64,000 nt of DNA from positions 2,399 to 66,398 of the forward strand of contig JAZKEQ010000013.1 in NCBI GenBank assembly GCA_040386935.1. Direction: 5' to 3'. A program made the position numbers and the translations under genes. This document shows, one piece after another, positions 57,225 to 64,000 of this stretch (within the stretch, counting starts at the first letter, position 1; each line of letters begins with the position of its first letter). The notes under the pieces were generated by a model. That model had not been told where the DNA came from. It searched no databases and saw only the letters and a list, made by a program, of their open reading frames with translations. This DNA comes from Bacteroidota bacterium (GTDB taxonomy: Bacteria; Bacteroidota; Bacteroidia; NS11-12g; UBA955).

Positions 57225-60200
57225 TTATTTCCCGCTATACAATGGTAATGTAACGTAAAAAGTAGTGCCAATATTGACCTTGCTGAAAAATGTGATACTT
57301 CCGTTAACATTCTCAATTATTTTTTTGCAGATGGCCAAGCCCAATCCCATGCCTGATGTTTTAGTACTGAAGTTAGGAATAAAGATTTTTTCTTTCAAAT
57401 CATCATCCATGCCTTTGCCATTGTCTTCAAAACTGATGTGAATGAAATCATCCAGAATTTTCATCTCTACTTTTATAATACAAGGTGTATCATCTTTGGC
57501 CGCCTGTTGAGCATTCTTTAAAATATTGGTAAATACCCGCTGTACCTGTCCTTTATCAATATAAGCAGGTGCTACAGCATCAACAGGTTCAAAATGAATT
57601 TCGATACCGGATTGCACTTTAAACAGCTGCACGGTTGAGGTCAGAATTTCTGTTACATTACTTACTTCCAGAATAGCCAAAGGCATTTGGGCAAACGAAG
57701 AAAACTCTTCTGCCATGCGACTCAACTGATCAATTTGTTCAATCAGTATGCTGGTGATTTTTTTAATCTTATCTGGTAAATTATCGTCATTGCGCTCAAT
57801 GGCAAATTGCAAATGTTGTAAATGCAATTTCATGGGTGTCAAGGGATTTTTAATCTCATGGGCCACCTGTTTCGCCATTTCTTTCCACGCCCCTTCCCTT
57901 TCGCTTTGCGCCAGCCGTTCGGTACTAATGGCAAGCTTCTCCAACATCAGATTGTACTGCTCTACCAGTTGTCCTATTTCATCATTGCCCGACCATTGTA
58001 TGGGCGTATTTTGCAATCCCACACGAATGTGAGACAAACGGTCAATCATTATTTTCAAAGGCTGTACAAGGGTCTTACCCACATAAGTTGCTACCGCCAA
58101 AGAGATGAGCAACAACAAGGTCGAAATATTCAATAAGCCACCCAAATATTTTGAGAATTCTTTCTTTAAATCGAGGGACTTTGAAAAGTAGGGTAAATGA
58201 ACATACCCTATCAATTTTCTATTCTCATCAAACAAGGCATTATAACTTGAAAGATAGGACAGCTTCCCTATCCTTTCCGTTTGTTTAAAACTGTATTGCT
58301 TGTTTTTTGCCAACTCGTAATAAGCTGTACAATTCATGAGAGGTGCAAACCAACCCTCTTTGTATATCTTATCATTACCTGCCTGAATCAGTGAGCCATC
58401 CGGTTGATATAAATTAATGTCCACTTCATACGTATTCGATAAGTGTTTAATCAAAGTACTCACTGAATGCTCTGTTTTACGCTGAAAACCAATCTCAATT
58501 TCATTGACAATCTGTGACATTTTTTTATCCAACTCTTCATTCTGTTTCTCATTGAAACTGGAGTTCACGTTCTGTACAGTAAAGTAGGACACCAGAGAAC
58601 AAATGATTACAGCCATCATTAAAAATGATATCCTGATTTTGGTTTCCAGGTACAAGCGATTTGCTTTTACAATACGCAGATGCGAGAGAAATGCTACATA
58701 AATTTTATTGAAGGATCGGCTTGCAGAGAATAGTCGCATCACAAATGTGAGACAGTACAAGAGCAAGTAACCGACACATAAAACGCCAATGAAAAACAAA
58801 AACACAAAGGTCAGACCCCCTGTTTTTTTCTGCCAGTTGGTGGCCTTTTGTGAAACAATCAGGAAGGTTTGTTGATCTATTTTTTTGAGTAAATGAGAGA
58901 AATCCTGCTGCTCGAAAAACGAGGCATCTTCCATTGTCAAAAACTTGGTATTGTCTTTTAATTTAAATGGAAAACTACCGATACTTTTAATCAACTCTTT
59001 ATTTTGATATACCGCGAAGGAATACTGCACACTCGATGTAACAGAATTGGCTTTCTTATTAAAGAAATAATCCAGATTGTACAATTCGCTCTTAATTTTT
59101 GGTATCAGGATTACAAAAACATAACCCAGTGTTTTTTTGGCAGGACATATCTCGTATTTAGACAGGTAACCGCCCAAATAATTGACATCCTTGATTTGAA
59201 GAAAATAATTAGAGATGCTACGATGTGTTGAACTGTTGTAAATGCTGTTAATGGCATTAAAACTAAAATTATTCGCTGTTATCTCTTTACCCAGACTATC
59301 GTATCTCAAAAAATCTATGTCATAGTTTTTGATGTAGTCCGAGAAATAGGTGTATTTATAATTGAGTTCAAGCTCTGGGAAATCATTTTTCTGATAATCG
59401 AAAAATTCCGAAAACACATTTTCCAATACCAGCTCATTTTCAATCTTTGAGAGGTTCAATTCATTTTCAAAGTCTTCCTGAGAAATGAATTTATTGGCGA
59501 AAATCTTCCTTTGTTCATGCTCCTTTTCACTGTTCAGCTGATCGAACTGTACGGCCAGATATGCTGAAAAAATCGCTGATGCGAACAATACATGTTTTAC
59601 CTTCAATGCAACAGGAAACAGCAACAAATAACATGTAATGATAGAAAGTGTAAAAAAACACAACAGCAAAAATCCATTGGTATGGTCATGTAAATACAAG
59701 ATTAAAAACACAGGCACACCAATAACAAAATGATAGATGATAAATTGCTTGCGTTTAAACTGATGGTTGAAGGTATGGGATAGTATCCTAAAGTAAATCA
59801 CCATTATCAGGAAGAACTGAAACACCGCAAACATGGCGACCAGTGTTAGAAAACTGACATTGGCTAAATCTGTAAAATCAAAATTGATTTGCGAATTCAT
59901 TATGAATGTCGGGAATACATTCAGAAATAAAATATAAAACGAAAACCAGATGGCCAGTGAAACAGGGATATAATGCCAAACATGGCCGAAATACGATTGA
60001 TTTTTATTAGTGATTAACTGATAAATGATGATGAGAATACAAATGATGCAAAATGAAAAAATAATGCTGTGCCCCAATGATGGTATAAACTGATTGTAGG
60101 CAGCTACTTCAGGCTGAAACAATGCATACCCGCTGCGCTGTTTCATAATCACATTAAAGAACAACAAGCACAGCAGGATGAATACAAAAATTGTTGATAC

Positions 60201-60905
60201 GATTACAAACTTTTTGAAATCAAATCGCCTGTCTCTGAACGATAACATCCCACTGAAAATAACAAACAATACAAAGCCCAAAATATACAACCATTGGGCA
60301 TAGCGCGATTTCTGATTGCCGTTATAAATTGTTTCATCTATGGGTGGCAATTGCTCAATGCTTCTATACTGAGTAGAATCATTATCGAAAGTCGGCATTG
60401 CACCTGCAAAATCGGCTTTATTGAAATTGAGATGTTTGCTGATACCATTGCTAAAAAATTCATTATTGATGAGGTAATGGTTATAGAACTTAAATACTGC
60501 AAAACATGAAATATTGTTTTTCACCTTACAAGTAGCCAGATAAAAACCCATTCTGTTTTTAAAATAGAATGGTGTTTCATTCTTTTTCTTGAAATGCTGC
60601 AATTCATGTGGATCGACATCATTGTTGGTCCAGAATACCAGTTGAGTATCCTTGAATATATACAACTCGTGATTTTTCGATTTTAGTAATTCTACACCTT
60701 CGTCATAGGTATTGAAGAATCGGGTAAGTGGCGTAAAGTCGTGGTCGTGAAGTAACGCCAGTTGCTCGTCTTCCTTTATTCTCAGTTTTTGCCTGAATTC
60801 AGAATTGATATCAGTATCGGGTATCAATCCACTTCCCTTGTTTTCAAGGACAATACCTGTTATCAGGCATATCAGGGACGATATCAGAAAAAGATATTTT
60901 TTCAA
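57225..60905 (-). CDS. large polytopic NtrY-like sensor histidine kinase
   Basis: 1226 aa with about 12 TM helices and three extracytoplasmic or soluble inserts. HAMP region (NDEIGQLVEQYNLMLEKL), H-box AWKEMAKQVAHEIKNPLTPM and ATPase boxes (DNGKGM, GMGLGLAICK). The start abuts the hldD stop. Confidence 0.85.
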   Translation of the reverse strand: MKKYLFLISSLICLITGIVLENKGSGLIPDTDINSEFRQKLRIKEDEQLALLHDHDFTPLTRFFNTYDEGVELLKSKNHELYIFKDTQLVFWTNNDVDPHELQHFKKKNETPFYFKNRMGFYLATCKVKNNISCFAVFKFYNHYLINNEFFSNGISKHLNFNKADFAGAMPTFDNDSTQYRSIEQLPPIDETIYNGNQKSRYAQWLYILGFVLFVIFSGMLSFRDRRFDFKKFVIVSTIFVFILLCLLFFNVIMKQRSGYALFQPEVAAYNQFIPSLGHSIIFSFCIICILIIIYQLITNKNQSYFGHVWHYIPVSLAIWFSFYILFLNVFPTFIMNSQINFDFTDLANVSFLTLVAMFAVFQFFLIMVIYFRILSHTFNHQFKRKQFIIYHFVIGVPVFLILYLHDHTNGFLLLCFFTLSIITCYLLLFPVALKVKHVLFASAIFSAYLAVQFDQLNSEKEHEQRKIFANKFISQEDFENELNLSKIENELVLENVFSEFFDYQKNDFPELELNYKYTYFSDYIKNYDIDFLRYDSLGKEITANNFSFNAINSIYNSSTHRSISNYFLQIKDVNYLGGYLSKYEICPAKKTLGYVFVILIPKIKSELYNLDYFFNKKANSVTSSVQYSFAVYQNKELIKSIGSFPFKLKDNTKFLTMEDASFFEQQDFSHLLKKIDQQTFLIVSQKATNWQKKTGGLTFVFLFFIGVLCVGYLLLYCLTFVMRLFSASRSFNKIYVAFLSHLRIVKANRLYLETKIRISFLMMAVIICSLVSYFTVQNVNSSFNEKQNEELDKKMSQIVNEIEIGFQRKTEHSVSTLIKHLSNTYEVDINLYQPDGSLIQAGNDKIYKEGWFAPLMNCTAYYELAKNKQYSFKQTERIGKLSYLSSYNALFDENRKLIGYVHLPYFSKSLDLKKEFSKYLGGLLNISTLLLLISLAVATYVGKTLVQPLKIMIDRLSHIRVGLQNTPIQWSGNDEIGQLVEQYNLMLEKLAISTERLAQSEREGAWKEMAKQVAHEIKNPLTPMKLHLQHLQFAIERNDDNLPDKIKKITSILIEQIDQLSRMAEEFSSFAQMPLAILEVSNVTEILTSTVQLFKVQSGIEIHFEPVDAVAPAYIDKGQVQRVFTNILKNAQQAAKDDTPCIIKVEMKILDDFIHISFEDNGKGMDDDLKEKIFIPNFSTKTSGMGLGLAICKKIIENVNGSITFFSKVNIGTTFYVTLPLYSGK

Positions 60906-61871
60906 TTATAAAATATCGCGGTTGAGCAAATAATTACGGACATAGTCGCGGGTACCTTCTTCTAAAGTATGGAAAGGTATATCGTATCCAACGGACTTCA
61001 ACTTGGCCATATTAGCTTCGGTATAGTACTGGTATTTATCGCGGATATCGGCAGGAGTATCAATGTAATCAATTGATGAGTCGAGGTCGAGACTGGCAAA
61101 TACCGCATTTCCCAAATCATTGAAAGTACGGGCTGTACCGCTGCCCAGATTGTAAATACCACTGTCTTTGCGATGGTGCAACCAAAAGTACAAGACATTG
61201 ACAACATCCTTCACATAAACGAAATCGCGTTTTTGACCGCCATCCGTATACTCGGGTTTATGTGATCTGAACAATTTCAGGTGACCATTCTTTTTGATTT
61301 GATTAACGGCATGGAAAATAACAGAAGCCATACGTTCTTTGTGGTATTCATTAGGACCATACACATTAAAGAATTTTAGTCCTACCCAAAAATAAGGTTG
61401 CTTTTCCTGAGCCAATGCCCAAACATCAAAGTCTTGCTTACTTTGTCCATATGCATTCAAGGGTTTTAATTCTGAAATAGTTGCGTGATTATCGTCAAAT
61501 CCATGCTCCCCCATACCATAAGTAGCGGCACTGCTGGCGTACACCAATGGCAAGCCCTCTTCTACACAAAGGTTCCAAATGGCTTTGGTGTATTCAAAAT
61601 TTAATTGATTCAATAGATTGGTGTCGAATTCGGCTGTATCGGTTCTTGCCCCGATGTGATAAATAAACTGAATGCGATTGGCATTTGCTTTGGCCCAAGT
61701 CAGAAACTCCGATCTTTCAATGATTGCCGTATATTTTTTTCCTTCCCAGTTGTGTTTTTTTTCTTCTTTTGTAAAATCATCAACCAGCACCAAATCTACA
61801 TATCCTTCGCTGTTCAATTTGGCTACCATACAACTTCCTATGAATCCTGCCGCACCTGTTATAACTATCAT
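60906..61871 (-). CDS. hldD: ADP-L-glycero-D-manno-heptose 6-epimerase-like SDR
   Basis: 321 aa with MIVITGAAGFIGS, YASSAATYG, FNVYGPNEYHKERMASV and KRDFVYVKDV. These are co-linear with E. coli HldD (RfaD) motifs. Confidence 0.75.
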   Translation of the reverse strand: MIVITGAAGFIGSCMVAKLNSEGYVDLVLVDDFTKEEKKHNWEGKKYTAIIERSEFLTWAKANANRIQFIYHIGARTDTAEFDTNLLNQLNFEYTKAIWNLCVEEGLPLVYASSAATYGMGEHGFDDNHATISELKPLNAYGQSKQDFDVWALAQEKQPYFWVGLKFFNVYGPNEYHKERMASVIFHAVNQIKKNGHLKLFRSHKPEYTDGGQKRDFVYVKDVVNVLYFWLHHRKDSGIYNLGSGTARTFNDLGNAVFASLDLDSSIDYIDTPADIRDKYQYYTEANMAKLKSVGYDIPFHTLEEGTRDYVRNYLLNRDIL

Positions 61872-61938
61872 AATCTAAGTTTCCAAAATTAGATAATATT
61901 GCCCTAACTTTGCAACCTATTTTTAAGATCTGCCGATA

Positions 61939-62373
61939 ATGTCAGCCCCTGTTATTTTTGTTACAAGAAAAGCCCACTTTAATGCTGCTCATAAACTGTT
62001 CAATCCAAAATGGACAGTCGAAGAAAATGAAGCTGTTTTTGGAAAATGCGCCAACGCCAACTGGCACGGACACAACTTTGATTTGTATGTAACGATAAAA
62101 GGTCGGCCATCTGAAGACACAGGATTTGTAATGGATCTGAAGAGCCTTAAACACCTTATCGAAAATGAAGCGGTTGTGCACCTTGACCATAAAAATCTTA
62201 ATACCGATGTGCCATTTCTAAAGGACATCCTGCCATCAGTTGAGAATGTTGCCATTGCTATCTGGAATCGTTTGGAGGATAAATTACCTGAAGGCGTAAA
62301 GCTTCACAAAATATTACTGTACGAAACAGAGCGCAATTTTGTTGAGTATTTTGGCCCTAATACTCCATTTTAA
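61939..62373 (+). CDS. queD: 6-carboxy-5,6,7,8-tetrahydropterin synthase / 6-pyruvoyl-tetrahydropterin synthase family
   Basis: 144 aa with FNAAHKL, WHGHNFDLYVTIKG and LDHKNLN motifs. Confidence 0.85.
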   Translation: MSAPVIFVTRKAHFNAAHKLFNPKWTVEENEAVFGKCANANWHGHNFDLYVTIKGRPSEDTGFVMDLKSLKHLIENEAVVHLDHKNLNTDVPFLKDILPSVENVAIAIWNRLEDKLPEGVKLHKILLYETERNFVEYFGPNTPF

Positions 62374-62429
62374 TAGACAACCATCTTTTTACTGTTACTT
62401 TTCTTTCAAAGCCTTTTTATTACTTTGCA

Positions 62430-62723
62430 ATGGTGAAAAAACTATGGGATAAATACAAATACTGGTTGATAGGACTGACAGCCATTGTATGGATGTCGAT
62501 ATTTGACAGCAACAATTTCATTGAACTGATTCAATTGAGAAGAGAAATCAATGGGTTAGAGAAAAAGGAGGCTTACTATATCGAAGAAATCACCGCAGCC
62601 AAGAAAATGCAACTGGAATTATTCAGCAATATCCGCAATCTTGAGAAGTTTGCACGTGAAAAATACTACATGAAAAAGGACAATGAGGACCTTTTCATAT
62701 TCAGAGAAAGCGCTAAGCAATAG
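62430..62723 (+). CDS. septum formation initiator family protein (FtsB/DivIC-like)
   Basis: 97 aa with a single N-terminal TM helix, a coiled coil, and a C-terminal EKFAREKYYMKKDNEDLFIF. Confidence 0.6.
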   Translation: MVKKLWDKYKYWLIGLTAIVWMSIFDSNNFIELIQLRREINGLEKKEAYYIEEITAAKKMQLELFSNIRNLEKFAREKYYMKKDNEDLFIFRESAKQ

Positions 62724-62726
62724 CCG

Positions 62727-64000
62727 TTATCGCTGAATACTCAGTTTCGCTACTTTTATTTTACCGTCTGTTGTTTCTATATTGATAAAATAGATACCGG
62801 TACTTAATCCATTTAAATCCAATACTATTTTATTACCCCCTGCATCAGCATATGAAGGCGTGAATATTTGACCTGCTACAGTAATCAGTTTAACACTTTT
62901 CACATTGTTAAAATCGATCTCTGCAAAGCATTCATTCACAGTTGGATTCGGGTAGATACTTAACAATTCAGCAACTAGTAAATGAATGAGGCCACTTCCT
63001 TTTGAGTATATAAAATCAGGTCTAAAATATTGAATTCCGCCTCTATTGATTCCCACTAATATTTCAGGCACACTATCGCCTTCAAGATTGGCTAAAACAG
63101 GTGAAATACGATTGCCAATATCAAATGAGGTAATGCGTTGGTTCTGCAACAATTTATAGTAATAGAAGTCTTTGTATTCAACAAATCGGGTATTTACTGA
63201 AGCGGAATTGATGGCATATAATTTCATATGACCGACAGTATTTCCTACCAGCAGTTCGAGTTGTTTATCGCCATTGATATCCATTATCTGAGGCGAAGAA
63301 AATATGGTAGACTCGTAATATACTTTTATGCCGATGATACTGTCTTTAATGATATTGCCGAGTGTATCGTACTCATAACCGTGTATGTAATCGAAATTGA
63401 AAGAGTCTTTAGGAGAAGCGTAACCGAAGTTTTTGGTCACAAAATTAAAGTCAGGGTTAGTTTTAGTACCGATGTTCTGGTAGTATTTCAGAAAAGTATC
63501 TGAATGTCCAATCACCAAATCATTCATGCCATCTTTATTGATATCGGCTACTGCAGGCCAGCTATAGAATCCAACATCGATGTTGAAGCCCGGAAAAGCA
63601 TTGTTGCTCAGTAAAAATGTTGGTGTAAGGGTATTATTGGTGGATGACGTATTTTTATAATACTTAATTTCACCTCTGTCGTTACCTGTTACCAAATCTA
63701 TTTTACCGTCATTGTCCATATCAGCAAGAGATAGTGTTAATGAGTTAATTTTCTGTGAGGCCAGATTGGCAAAATTTCTGTTCTTTAATTTAAATGAAGG
63801 TTTACTAGCTGTACCGGTATTCTCATATAGATACACCCGGTCGTACAACACCCCTAAATACGCAGAATCGGCATTATTGGCGCAAAGACAGTCGAGATCA
63901 CCATCCTTGTCGAGATCGGCACAAGCCCAACTACTTCTGTTGCCCACATCCATTATTTCTTCAGTAAACAAAGGTTGTTTTTGAGCAAATACAGGTGCCA
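62727..64000 (-). CDS. FG-GAP/VCBS-repeat protein with T9SS type-A C-terminal sorting domain (5' end just beyond the window)
   Basis: The reading frame stays open upstream of the listed start to base 64000 (...APVFAQKQPLFTEE, which looks like the end of a signal peptide). It has repeated D.D.DG..D Ca-binding-type motifs (DLDKDGDLD, DMDNDGKIDLV, DINKDGMNDLV, DINGDKQLELLV) and a C-terminal LSIYPNPTVNE...STGIYFINI. Confidence 0.7.
   Translation of the reverse strand, partial: APVFAQKQPLFTEEIMDVGNRSSWACADLDKDGDLDCLCANNADSAYLGVLYDRVYLYENTGTASKPSFKLKNRNFANLASQKINSLTLSLADMDNDGKIDLVTGNDRGEIKYYKNTSSTNNTLTPTFLLSNNAFPGFNIDVGFYSWPAVADINKDGMNDLVIGHSDTFLKYYQNIGTKTNPDFNFVTKNFGYASPKDSFNFDYIHGYEYDTLGNIIKDSIIGIKVYYESTIFSSPQIMDINGDKQLELLVGNTVGHMKLYAINSASVNTRFVEYKDFYYYKLLQNQRITSFDIGNRISPVLANLEGDSVPEILVGINRGGIQYFRPDFIYSKGSGLIHLLVAELLSIYPNPTVNECFAEIDFNNVKSVKLITVAGQIFTPSYADAGGNKIVLDLNGLSTGIYFINIETTDGKIKVAKLSIQR

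Noticed and set aside
1-64000. Search for CRISPR arrays, tandem repeats, rRNA/tRNA genes, transposases, integrases, prophage or toxin-antitoxin/restriction-type defence genes.
   Set aside because: I saw no regularly spaced direct repeats, no cloverleaf-capable GC-rich gaps, and no ORF with DDE, tyrosine- or serine-recombinase, nuclease-methylase or other defence-type motifs. The 'phage holin family'-type ORF at 24684 is a two-TM stress-cluster protein and is not evidence of a prophage.

Overview
AT-rich Bacteroidota chromosomal segment. The taxon call rests on the gliding-motility genes gldE, gldD and gldB, two proteins ending in T9SS type-A sorting domains, and TAnnTTTG-type promoter boxes. 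I support about 60 protein-coding genes. I found no rRNA, tRNA, CRISPR array, transposase, integrase, or recognisable phage or defence genes. Most of the window is housekeeping: ssb fragment, nadE, ndh, acyl-CoA carboxyltransferase, etfAB, lepA, hldD, queD, prolyl oligopeptidase. Five blocks look accessory or poorly understood. (1) 22.1-31.3 kb is an island of very small membrane and stress-type proteins (two lmo0937-like, two YtxH, CsbD-like, Holin-X-like, and two copies of an unnamed GGGVYISAG-tail family). It also holds an AI-2E transporter, a hybrid histidine kinase, a receiver-only response regulator and a small AraC regulator. Three promoters in this island carry the same 64-bp tripartite element, which is the strongest new signal I see. 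(2) 40.7-47.8 kb is a heavy-metal efflux operon in which CzcA is fused in frame to a TolC-like outer-membrane factor through a signal-peptide-like linker. It is followed by an embedded CDF transporter and the RND adaptor. (3) 47.9-53.8 kb is a DUF4856, imelysin, HTTM, TonB-dependent-receptor cluster. (4) 53.8-61.9 kb is a tightly coupled hldD, 1226-aa polytopic NtrY-like kinase, 1144-aa predicted outer-membrane barrel operon with no response regulator. (5) 2.3-4.6 kb holds tandem paralogous lipoprotein-like genes divergent from an HTH protein. Several ORF-track starts use TTG or GTG and look over-extended, so I give ATG-based starts where sequence context supports them. All family calls come from motifs read by eye, and no database search was run.
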